64,000 bases of DNA from Selaginella moellendorffii (lineage: Eukaryota; Plantae; Lycopodiophyta): positions 87,842-151,841 of the forward strand of contig NW_003314421.1 in the NCBI RefSeq assembly GCF_000143415.4, read 5' to 3'. The notes beneath the pieces are model-generated. The model searched no databases and was not told the origin of the DNA. It was given only the letters and a program-made list of their open reading frames with translations. A program made the translations under genes and the position numbers. Below are positions 23,501 to 34,770 of this stretch, piece after piece. The stretch's first letter is position 1; the number at the start of each line of letters is the position of its first letter.

Positions 23501-26323
23501 CTTTATGAAAGGTAACTTAAAAATATTATGGGATGTTGCATGTGTTGATGCAATAATATACAGTTCAAGTGCCAAGGAGACGTCGTGAATCTCGAATTAG
23601 GCTACCTGCAAAACAGCTTTCAGACGCTGTAGACAAAGAGATGGACAACCGACCAGGGCAGAGGAGGAAGGGTAAAAGCATTTGTGTGCTTATCGCGTAT
23701 GTCCTCATGCTATTTCTGTAGAACGGGCGCATAAGAAACGAAAGCGAAAGGGAATTGAGGAGCAGGCACCTGAGGATGCGGAAGGCACGACAGAGCCTCC
23801 AAGGACGGGAAGTAAAGCGTCATGGTTATTGCGTGGGTCCTCATGCCATTTCTTGCAGATCAAGCTCAAACTGACAGTGGTTATAAAAAGCAAAAGCACG
23901 TTGGACAGTCGTCGGGATTAGAGGTGTTTGATTCGAAAAGGAAGAAGGGCAACGAAAAGATGATAGGTAATGCCTCGCGGTTATGACGTGTGTGCTCATG
24001 CCATTCATTGCAGATCAAGGGCTGAGTGAAAGCAGCCAGTCACCACCTCCTGACTCAGATTCCTATGGCGGACTCCCCTTCCCCAATCTCAATGGAGAGG
24101 TACAATGGATGAGGGATGCTTTTCAAGTCAGGGCCATGTTTTTTTCATCTCGTCGTCTTTGAAGGGTGCAAGAACGTGCAGAAACCATGTTAAGACAGTC
24201 GGGTGAGGATACGGTCCTATGTCACGCACTAAAACAGGCTATGGATGTCTTGTATTTTGAGATGGAGACTCGGCCAGATGATTTTCCCAAGATGGTCCTG
24301 GAAGAACAAGCCATCCAGCCTGAGCAGCCTATGGAAGAAATGCAGGAGGGGGATGAGGAGCCAGAGAAAGATAATGAGCAGGAAGAGCAGAAGGACGAAG
24401 AGGAGGACGAAGAAGAGGAGGACGAAGAGGACTTGGATGGCCCTCACAATGGTGACGATCGCAATAACGACGACGACGATGATGACGAAGATGGCCAGCC
24501 TGAGGTGGCCAAAGAGCAGCGGAGGAAGGTCATACAAGACAAACCATCAGGTAAATAATAGTACATCCATTCCTAACCTTTTACCATTTCTAACATTGTC
24601 CATGTAGGTTGCAGAGCAAATGGTAAGTAGAGATTATTCAGTTGAATTAAGATACAAACTCTAGCCTTTAGTGTCGAGGAAGGATAGTGCCAAGCAAGGG
24701 TCGAAACGTATGTCCAATCCTTCAGAGTCAGCAGTGCGCCCAAGTGATATTGGTCCTAGTTCCTCAATAGCAGTTGATGGTAAATACAGTATAGTCGATT
24801 CAATGTGCTAATGAGTTTGTTTTTAGTAGCACGGGAGGATACCATCTCAATCGAAGGGAGATATTTGGACATGCATATGGATCCACCAGTGGACTCTACT
24901 TGCCTGCAAGAGTCATCAGAGCTGGTGGAGGCTACTATCCATATCAACGCCAAGCAAGCTGACCACACTCCACTTGATGCTGCCCATACCACTGAGTCAA
25001 TCTTGTCCACGTATCCAACTGACGGTGACTAGGCGCCATTGGACCCGCATGAGGCCGCCCCAGCCGCCGAGCCGGTCGTATCCTCATTTCCAACGGACTC
25101 AACGTGTGCCCAATCGTCTGACTACGCGCCGTTGGAACCTCCCTACACCGCCCCTGCTGCCTGTTCGGTCATGTCCACTTTGCCAACGGAGGCACCAGCT
25201 GAAATGGCGTGTGATCACACGCCATCGGAACCACCCCATGCCACTGTTGAGCCAGTTGTACCAAAGTCTACAGCTGAAATGGCATGTGCCCACACGCCAT
25301 CGGATGCGATTGACCCCATATTGCAGAGGAGAGTATTTCCGCCCTTCACGTTTCCTCGACCAAAACCCTCTGAACGACCATCGGGAGCACCATTCGCTAA
25401 TATTGTAGATGGTAAAATTGACTTGTACCATTTTTTATGCTGACGCATTTCATTTCAGAGTCACGGCGAAGGTACTGTATCGTTTTTGATCTGAACGGTG
25501 TCCTTTTCTCCCATGAGCGTGGCTCGTCCTCGAATGTCACTACACCCTCCAAAGCCTGCGGTCGCAAGTTGGTCAAAAGAGACAGATTCACATTAATCAC
25601 ACGGGAGAAACTGCGGGATCTAATAATGACCATGCGACACTTAAAACAGAGGGCCGGGTTCAATTTGCAATTGGGAGTTTGGACATCCATGATGTGCCAC
25701 AATGCATTAACGTTGCTACAGATGATGCACGATCAGACGTGAGTAATATTACCATTTGACTTTCTCCTAACGCAGGAGGATTGCTTGACTATGGTCCATG
25801 TGAGGGGTAGCAAGCCCATCTTCGTCAAGCCAGAGGCTGTAGTGATGAACCGGACTGCTAGGTCAAGTGAAATCCTCATCATCAATGACTCGCCGATTAA
25901 AACTGCAGCGAACACGCACACATATGCAGTGCACCCCATCTTTTGCAGTATGGAAACTAGGGAGAAGAAACCGTATGTGTTCTGGGGCACCTTGCAAAAC
26001 GGCTTGGAGCGATGGTGATAGAGAACCAGCCAGTCCAGGAGGTGGCTGTAGAAATCAACCAAATGGCAGATGGAATGGTATATCAGAAGCCATTTGATCG
26101 GACAGACACCAGTCATCATTTATGGCATGTATATTGTCTAGCCAAGCACTATCCGCATCTCCATAATTTGTTCAACCGGATGGGTTCTTCGACCACTGAA
26201 CATGAGCATGGACGTATTAGAGAAGAGATGGCATTACTATTGGGTTTAAATCCTGATAGTGTGGAGAGTGATGAAATTCCAAGATTATTGTATAGGCGTT
26301 GGAAGCAAAAAATAACAGTCTGA
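20516..26323 (+). pseudogene. Multi-exon cargo gene: ParB/Srx-like domain, degenerate MTase motif-I remnant, low-complexity/acidic linker, FCP1/NIF-type HAD phosphatase-like domain
   Basis: ATG at 20516, intron 20519-20757, then the long 616-aa ORF with RFYAVSGQHSSLA (ParB-like GxH, ~21640-21680). KGKCVVEYNCGGLFFRAALLKGVPCVAV at ~22650-22730. More than 10 GT-AG mini-introns. CIVFDLNGVL, LGVWTS, LLTQEDC, KPIFVK and ILIINDSPIKTAAN at 25476-25920. Lesions at 22585, 25740 and ~26015. That this is a single transcript is inferred. Confidence 0.65.
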
Positions 26324-26769
26324 GATGGCATGTATTTATTTAAAAATGTAACTTATTATGGCATGGGGTTCCATGCCATTGTATTAATATTAAAAGACAA
26401 TTCTTTGAGAGGATTTGCATTATACTAGAAGTGTTACAGCATGTTATTGGAAGTCTACGAAGTTGTTTTATTAATAAGGGGAAAGTAAAGATTGAATGGG
26501 GACTTGGGCTCCACCTAAACTCGGAGCAACTGAGCCAATATTAAAAGGATGGAAAGAAATTGGACGACGATGACAAGGAGAAGAGAGAGGTGAAGCAGTG
26601 GCAGGGGGAGGAGAAGTGATTGAGTAGACATTTCCTTGTTTAAAATAAAATGGCATGTGCCTCAATGCAGTTGAATTTTGTTATATTTATATACTATATA
26701 AAGGTTTGGAAACCTTATTTTACAAGTGGGATAATGACAATTCCCACTTTAACGAAATAGAGCTTGTTG

Positions 26770-27390
26770 TCTTTACTCTGCACCAATTATGTGGATCAAG
26801 ACGCGTCTCCATGCCCCTCTTCCTGCTTGACAAATTGGCCGGTGGAAATTCAAAGAATATATTCCCATTATAGGAAGACGGAAGCTCCTCACCTCTCATG
26901 TACTGGAACTCCTTCAATTCCAATCGTAATGATCGAGATTGCCAAAATGCCTTATCCACCGCTTCAAAAACTGGTCCAAAAGGAACGGACCTACTTGTAT
27001 GGGAAGCTATGTCGGGAAGCTCATCTTCTTCACTTTCGTCACTAGAGAGAATAACAACTTCATCCTTCATTCCTTGCACAGTTGGCTGTGAAACTGATGC
27101 ACTCTCCTCTGCTCGTTTTGGAGATCCTGTAACTAGAATCTCCTGACCTGTACATTTATCAAGATCCCACTAAATCCCATTCTCTCCCACACCACTGTCC
27201 AGAAGAATAGATTTTTCTATCTAATTACTCTTATCCCGACATACATTCTCCAAACTAACTGATCCCGGCTTCAACTTGAATTTTCTGCAAAGGAAGCTCT
27301 CTCTTATAACATTCTTAGAGAAAACAATTGGAGGCTCTTGATCGAACTTCAAGTAGAATTCTCTTATGTCTTCTCCTTCCTCGAACACTT
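26770..27390 (-). pseudogene. 5' part of GCM-like/SWIM gene of element B copy 1
   Basis: ORF 26720-27079 (..LPSSYNGNIFFEFPP..METRLDPHNWCRVKTT) continues in frame at 13842 after removing the insertion. Upstream limit approximate. Confidence 0.6.
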
Positions 27391-27822
27391 AGAAAAAAAA
27401 TTGGGGAGAAACTGACAAGAAAGAACAAAGATATTCTTTTGTATTGTGAGCATTAATTAGCTATGTCCTTGCAAAAGACAAGTTAATTATTTTAACAAAA
27501 TATACAACCGTTTAGAATCTAGAGAGATATGAGAATCTTAAAGAGCCACCCATATTAATTATATAATTGATTGTGAGAGGAATAATACTGTTGAAATGAA
27601 TAGGGTTATGAGCGAGAGGCACTGATTAATTGCGAGAGTTGTAGCATTAATTGCTTGTTCTCCCTCTCATCTCCATGCTCTTTTCCCTTCAAAAGAGTTT
27701 CATTCTTTTGTGATATGTGAGAGAGACTTAAGCTTGAAAAGGTTGGTTCGTACACGGTTTTTTCGCACGCAAGTAACTTGTGCCTCACGGCTACTTCGCA
27801 CAGGAATGATTAATTCAGCAGC

Positions 27823-28443
27823 GAACCGATCTTCCCAGCACATCAAGTTTTGGGTTTCTTTTTGTTTCTTGTCGTTCCATTGGTGCTGAGAAGATCGGTT
27901 CGGGGACGAACCGATCTTCCCAGCGCCAAGGGAACTTCTTCTTTTCTTCTTTTTTTTTTCCCTTGGTGCTTGGAAGATCGGTTTGGCGACGAACCAATCT
28001 TCCCAACGCTAAGGGAACTTCTTCTTTTCTTTTTCTTTTTTCCCTTGGTGCTGGGAAGATCGATTTGGCGACGAACTGATCTTCCCAGCACCAAGGGAAC
28101 TTCTTCTTTTCTTTTTTCTTTTTTTTTCCCTTGGTGCTGGGAAGATCAGTTCGGCGATGAACTGATCTTCCCAGTGCCAAGGGAACTTCTTCTTTTCTTC
28201 TTTTTTTTTTTTTCCCTTGGTGCTGGGAAGATCGGTTTGGCGACGAACTGATTTTCCCAGTGCCAAGGGAACTTCTTCTTTTCTTCTTCTTTTTTTTCCT
28301 TGGTGCTGGGAAGATTGGTTCGGTGATGAACCGATCTTCCCAGCGCCAAGGGAACTTCTTCTTTTCTTCTTTACTTTTGTTCTCTTGGTGCTGCGAAGAT
28401 CGGTTCAGTGATGAACCGATCTTCCAGCACCAAGGGAACTTCT
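27823..28443. repeat. Tandem array of ~84-bp self-complementary units (8 starts, 7 full hairpins)
   Basis: Unit: gaaccgatcttcccagcaccaaggg - pyrimidine-rich loop - cccttggtgctgggaagatcggtt. Starts near 27823, 27908, 27991, 28073, 28159, 28245, 28328 and 28413. Confidence 0.92.
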
Positions 28444-28503
28444 TTGCGGTTTTTTTAATGTTTACTCAAGTTTATTTGTCATTTTCATGCAGATATATAA
28501 ATC

Positions 28504-31500
28504 ATGCCACAACAGAAGAAGTGTCCCGGTCAACTTCAATGGACCCGTTCTCCAGGAAAACGACTAGATCGTTGTGCTAGATTCACTAGGGACACCTCAC
28601 AAGTTCAAAGTGTTCCTTCGGAGGAAGACCATGGTGGGAGTAGTGGTGTCCAGATCCAAGTAATGGTTGATCCTGATCCAGGTGTTAGCATGCAGGAGCC
28701 AGATGGTTCTAGAGAGCGTGGAAATGCAGAAGCTAGCTATAGCACAGGAGAAGCTGCTGGTGGTAGTGCCATAGGTGGTGGTGCGGAACTTGGTGGCAGA
28801 AATGAAGCACCTAATGCTATAGGTGGTGGGGCAGATCTTGGTGGTGGAAATGGCGGACATGCTGCTGCTCTTGAAGGTCACAGAAATGAGGTGGTAACTA
28901 TGCTAGAGGCTGACACAATCTTGAATGAGCGAGTACAAGAGACTATTGTCCAGGCTCAAGAACGAACTATCAGCAGGGTGTTAGGTGAAATGGCTTGGAA
29001 AGGATCCCAACATCTTGAGATTCCACTTTGCCGTCTTAAGCAGAGTCACTGGGTGCGCTCAGCCTATGACCTCAACATGGCTATTTATACCTCTTTCACA
29101 GAGGTTGGATTCGGGCACATAGCTGGATCGTTTATTGTGTCGTCATCATTTCCCGGAACAAATTGCATAGACATGGTTACTCACGAGATTGAGCAGACTT
29201 GGGATCAAATATGGCAGAGGAAATCTCAGGAGTTTGATACTTTGATGGCGTGCCACAAGGAGACACAAGCCTTTGTAGGCCGGATGTTCTTCATTATTGA
29301 TGAAAACCACCGATGGCTTGCGTTTTGGAGGTGTATCCAAAAGAAGTTCCAAGACGATGACGAGTGACATATTTGTGTTCCAGTGACACTTGTGGAGCCA
29401 CAAGATCGAAACCAAGCTGTGAGGCTCAACTTAGCATGTCACAAGATCAACATGTAAGAATCTTTTACTTGTAACCTTTGTTCTCACTAACTATGTTATA
29501 TGCTTAATCAATTGACTTTCCAAGCACATACCTTGGTCCATGATATTGAGCACCTTCGATATGTTGGCATGCTTTCTCTCGACGAAATCTAGATGCTGTA
29601 TAGTCGTGAAGTTATGGAAGCGGTTGAGGCAAAGCTTGTAGCACGTAAAGGCCAAGAGTTGCTTACTTGGTATCAAGTGCCTATGGATTTTTTGGTTGCA
29701 GTCTGGGCAAAGGTATCCTTTTCTTGCATGAACTTGTGTTTTCTACTCACAATTTTTTCTTTTAGCCAATTGTCAAGGCGGAGCAAAACTCATATTTGAA
29801 GATTACGCAAGTGACGGAAGAGGTGCAAAAGAACCTTGAACTACGAAAAATTGAGCAGCGCATTTTGAACTCAAAGAAATCAAAGGTGAAGAAGCTACTT
29901 GCGATTGCAGACATTCGCCGCGATAAAGATTGGTTGGATTGCATTGCAGAGATATGCTCTTGTGGCAGTAAGTTAGTCCCTTTTATCTTTCTCATTCCAC
30001 TTTGAAATCCTTGTCCTTGCAGGAAATGGTAAAGCACATGAAGAATTGATCTATAACATCGCAAAAAGCAAACTCTCCTTCAACGAACAAACCTCTTGCT
30101 TGGAAATCCTCAACACTTGGCATCGTAACAATGATAAGAGGTTGGAGAGGAAACTTGAGAATGTGATGAAAGAGAAGCTCTATATCACTCAGAGTATTGC
30201 GGCTGCTGAGGAGCTACTTCAACTATGGGATACGAAGTTCCTTACTAGTGCCCGCACCGACATAACACTTCCAGAATATGTCCGAGCTTCCCTTCAAGAG
30301 CTTGGGGATGGATGGCTTCCTGATGGCAGCTCAAGCTCTATGGATTTCAAGAACCAGCCGGGCCAACCATTTTTCTCATGTCACATGGCATATAGGTACA
30401 TTGAAAAAATTGACTTGTTTATTTAATCATGACTCTTTTATAGGTATTTAAATCATTGCCCAGGTGCTCCAGTGTACACCGCAAGTGTTTTTCTCAAACT
30501 CTTAACTGGTGGGAAGAAACTTGGCATGTATGAGCCAGAGTTTCAGTGTTCCACTGCACGGGAGTGAGAACTTTGTGCATGGTACTTGGAGTTGTGGAGG
30601 CAAATGCCATCGTCACCTTTTGAGCTTGATCTTTACCTCGAGTGTCATCCAGGTTTGATGAGTAAAATTTCCTAATAGTAACTTATGTTTCTACTTTATT
30701 GTAGAGGCACTTTTGGAGGGAGTGGAGATGCCTCAAGATAGGGACGAGATTCATATTGAGCAGACCGAAGACAAACGAGTGGAGAACCCGGCTGAAAACT
30801 CTCTTGCCCCATCTCATCCTACAGCAGTTGCTCATTCCCCAGATCCTACTGCCGCTGCTCGTCCAGCCCCGGCTGCTTGAAATATACGAAGGCAACTCCA
30901 TAGTGAGGACGTCCAAGAGAGTAAGAACTTGATTTCCAATGACCTTGCTTATTGTAATTTGGTTGTAGATGTCGGAGAAACCAGCCAGCACTCTATACGT
31001 CGATGTACAAATGCATTCTTTCCATCCCTCCCCACTGCTACATAGGATGACCTCCAAGAGTTATCTTCATCGGCTTCACATAAACAGGTATGAAAAAAAA
31101 CATGTATTAACTTTAATATTTCCTGGTTTTGAACACTATTTAGGTTCGCCCTCTTTCTCCTACGGGAAGTGTTGGCAACGTGGAAATAGTTATTGGGGAC
31201 TACTTTCAGCTTTCCAACAATATGAGCCGAGAGTCTTCTATGTTCCATCGATGGATGCGAGGATTGGGAATGAACAATACTTTCAGCATCGACCTCGCAT
31301 TCTTCGATCTGCCTGATGGGTTACCACCTTTACAAGGTGACACTCCATCTTGGAACATCCTTCGACTGGACCAAATTTCTCAAGCGATGGATGTGGCATC
31401 CAAGGTGTTGCAATACCAGGGCATTATGCTAGTCATTCTTCCCCGTTCTTTATTTTGGGGAGGTCTTCTTGCAACGATGGTGGAGAATGATGACTCTAGA

Positions 31501-32179
31501 TTGGTTGAGTTTGCATCAGGCTGCCTACTCTCAAACATCGCGGTCGAAACAAAAGGAGCAGATGGCTGAATCCAAAAGGTTTACATTTCCTTATTTTTCA
31601 TATCTTAAATTGATTGCCTTTTTTCCTTGTAGGTTTTAGCATGGAACTACCATGCTCTCTGCCACTACTCTTGCCGTCACAGTATTACACGAGCTGATGA
31701 GCGTGCAGGTTTGGCATTGCCAGGATATGATAGCTCAACAGATATCATCCCGAATGTCATCGACAAGGACCATCATATAGAGTTCCCTGGTTATCGACAC
31801 CATTCACCAAAGGCCATGCAAATCCTCCTAGAGTTGTTTTGTCCTCCTAAGGGGATTGTGCTTGATGCTACAGCAGGTTTTGGTTCGATGGTGCTAGCGG
31901 CTAAAGAGACTAGGCGTGCAGTTTTTGCACTAGAGAAGGAGAGTGCATTTGAAAGTGTTCTTGGGACATTCCATAACAGGTGATAATAAAGTATAAATTT
32001 CTCCTTATAGTAATTCCATCATGGTTGTGTATATTAGGTGGATCAATGATGTGGGCTATAATTTGCCATGTTATGCAGAAGCAATGGCACAAGCTCATAT
32101 AGAACAAGAGCCCACAGTTAGAGAGCATAATACTATACGAACTCCTCCTTTTGTGGATGTGGATGCTGAGGAAGACTAA
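28504..32179 (+). pseudogene. ParB-like + beta-class N6-adenine/N4-cytosine DNA methyltransferase-like gene (multi-exon), element B copy 1
   Basis: ParB-like MFFIIDENHRWLA (~29285-29322; IDGNH in copy 2). Motif IV-like IDLAFFDLPDG (~31288-31320) precedes motif X/I HHSPKAMQILLELFCPPKGIVLDATAGFGSMVLAAKETRRAVFALEKE (~31800-31942), the beta order. Short GT-AG introns and several transition-type stops. Confidence 0.8.
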
Positions 32180-33239
32180 GTTTAGTTTTCTTTTTAGTCG
32201 AATTTTTTAGTGGTAATATAGAGTTTCTTCTTTGACTTATGATATTTATTTTCATATTAGATTTATATTATTTAGCTTTTTCTTGAACTGAAAATATGTC
32301 TTAAGTTTTGAATAGAATTGTTGGTTAGTCCTGAACCAATCATTTAAACATCAACTTTTGTATTTGGTGGACTATATTGACTTTCATTGACTTTCATTGA
32401 CTTGAGCTCAGCTCAAAAACTACCCAGCCCCCTGCAAAATCCATCAAACGATCGACATCGGGTAAGAGCTTGTTTTGATCGATGCTTGCTTGCTTGCTTT
32501 GAGATTATTCTCAGGATGGTCTCTGATAAGCTTCACATGAATTACGACGACGTGGTGTGCTGGATTGCCAGCCTCACCAACTTTTCCAGGCTGCTTTTGC
32601 CCATCCAACTCGGCACTCCAAGATCAATTCGAAGAATGGAACGGAACAGCGTGCAGCACATTAATGTGTAAGTGGAACAATTGCAGTTTTGCTGCTGTAA
32701 CAATTGACAAGCCCCAGGAGGGTGGCTTTTCCATCTCTGCTCCCAGAAGCTCAAACACCTGGCTGAAGAGTTTGGCCGTGAGTTAGAACTCACAGCCCAT
32801 CAGCTGGATGGACTTCCGGCGAGCGTCCATGGCAAGGATCATCTGCGTGTAGAATAGGTGCTGCTCTGCTGGTGGTGCATCTTCAAGAACTACAAAATTA
32901 CCTTTGAGCTGTTGAGCGTTTGAGCTATTGAGCGTTGAACCATTGGTAGTCACCAATCCCTTCTGGAATTTGATGATCAACACAGATTCCTAAACTCTAA
33001 ATCCTAAACCTAAACCCTAAATAGGCAAGCAAGGTATCACACGTCTGGAAGGAACCACACCACCCTTGCTAAACCCACAAGACTTCAATTCTTCTAGTGT
33101 AACATTGAGATAAATTGAATCATATGTGCAAAAAAGCACAAGATCACCTTCATTGAGAGTAAACACCACATATGAATCACATATAGCAACAGGTTTGTGA
33201 TGTCTTGAATGTCAGCTATCTACCGTGCTCAACACACTT

Positions 33240-34220
33240 TAGATGATCTAGGAACAAAAGTTCCTAGATCAGCATCACACATGTTAGTGGATGCCGTCAC
33301 CCATACTTGCTACTCACCACCAAAGAGGTCTAGGAGCACAACCAAGGAACGATAGGACAGGGACAGTGTGCACCTAAAAGGCATGCAGGCACATACATGC
33401 TCTGCATCGGTCACCTCAGAACCCAACTCCCACACTAAGCCCCCATACGACTGAGCTCACCCAAGTTCAAGAATTACCTGCCTGGATCCAGACTTAGTGG
33501 TTACACTAGGAACATCAATTCATTCAGCATCACAAGTAAATGGAGCCATCACCCATCAGTCACACACAAGGAGAAAACTTTGCCATGCTATTCAATGACT
33601 GATCCTTTCGCTAGGTGGAAATGTATCCCCTATCTAAGATTCCAAAAGGCCATTGAATAGCATGGAGCATATGTCCTCCACCACATGCTTACTTAGTGCA
33701 CACGCAAAGGGCATGCAGGCACGTACGTGTTTTTCGTTAGTCACCTCAGAACCCAGCTCCCTGCCAAGCTCCCATGCAATTGAGCTCACCCAAGTTCAAG
33801 ACAAGGGAATTGCCCGCCCGGATCTAGACTTGGTGGTCACACTAGGAACATCAGTTCATTTAGCATCACAAGTAAGTAGAGCCATCACCCATCAGGGACA
33901 ACACAAGAGGAGAAAACCTTTGTTAAGAATGCATGTGATGGAGGGAGCAAGAAGTTACATGCTCTTGTGCTATGGAAGTACTGATCATTTCGCTAGGTAG
34001 AAATACATTCCCTGCCCGAGATTCCAAAAAATCGCTCAATAGCACAGAGCATGTGACTTCTTGCTCACCCGTCACATGCATTTTTAACAAAAGGGTATGT
34101 CTAGAGCATCACTTCCCCGGCTGTGAAGCACCACTTAAGCCCCCATACGACTAAGCTCATCCACACGTTCAAATATGAGGGAATTTTGCTTGCCCAGATC
34201 CGGACTCAACGGTTACAGTG
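33240..34220. repeat. Degenerate ~330-400-bp direct repeat (2-3 copies)
   Basis: Blocks gtcacctcagaaccca..gagctcacccaagttcaaga..acactaggaacatca..gccatcacccatcag recur at ~33410-33560 and ~33740-33895, and partially at ~34130-34215. Confidence 0.6.
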
Positions 34221-34770
34221 CAGCAAGGGGTGTGTGCTTGGGAGGGGGTGTGAACACCCCACTGCCCCAAAACACACACAAAAGTGAGAGGCTAGCCTAA
34301 GCTATGGTGCACCACATATATTGGTCGTCTAAGTCTCCTGGTTCTACCAAAGCATTGGCTAGGACCCATCACAAGCACATGTGTTGCACCACAGCAATGG
34401 GTGTGTAGTCCTCTACCAAAGGCACACACCACCACATTAAGAGGATTAACTGTCAGCCAGCCCACCACCACCGCACGCAAAGATCTCAACCTCAGGTCTG
34501 ACCAAGTCTCCTAGCATTCACCAGAACCTGTCCCAATGTGCATTGTGGTGGTGAGTAGGGAATGTGATGTTGTAGGTAGCAAAAACAGAGCCACAAGCCA
34601 AAACCAAAAGCCAAAGCCCACTTTGAGCTCACCCCATAGTATACCACGTGAAGAGCACTCGCTCACTTGGATTCGGACCCGAACTCAGACTCCACCTTGG
34701 CTACCCAACTCCTCCAACACCCACACTATCCCTACTATACTTTTGGAACCCCCCCACAATCCCCCCCACC

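Larger units (their letters stand above)
13847..26765 (-). mobile_element. Complete Sola-like DNA transposon copy B (12,919 bp)
   Basis: Perfect 24-bp TIR aagctctatttcgttaaagtggga (13847-13870 / 26742-26765). 4-bp TSD GTTG (13843-13846 / 26766-26769). Excision restores the frame ...WCRVKTTHFSHFDGSV... of the interrupted gene. A 4-bp TSD and DDD transposase fit Sola. Confidence 0.92.
12836..32425. mobile_element. TIR DNA transposon 'element B' copy 1 (GCM-like/SWIM gene + ParB-MTase gene); ~6.7 kb net of the nested Sola-like copy B
   Basis: Left end gggtaggttttgagct (12836-12851) and right end agctcaaaaactaccc (32410-32425) form a 16-bp TIR with one mismatch. Direct repeat AGCCC at 12831-12835 and 32426-32430. 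The same ends bound copy 2. Confidence 0.85.

Noticed and set aside
27823-28443. CRISPR-like repeat-spacer appearance
   Set aside because: The 'spacers' are near-identical pyrimidine tracts, the repeats alternate in orientation, there are no cas genes and the context is eukaryotic.
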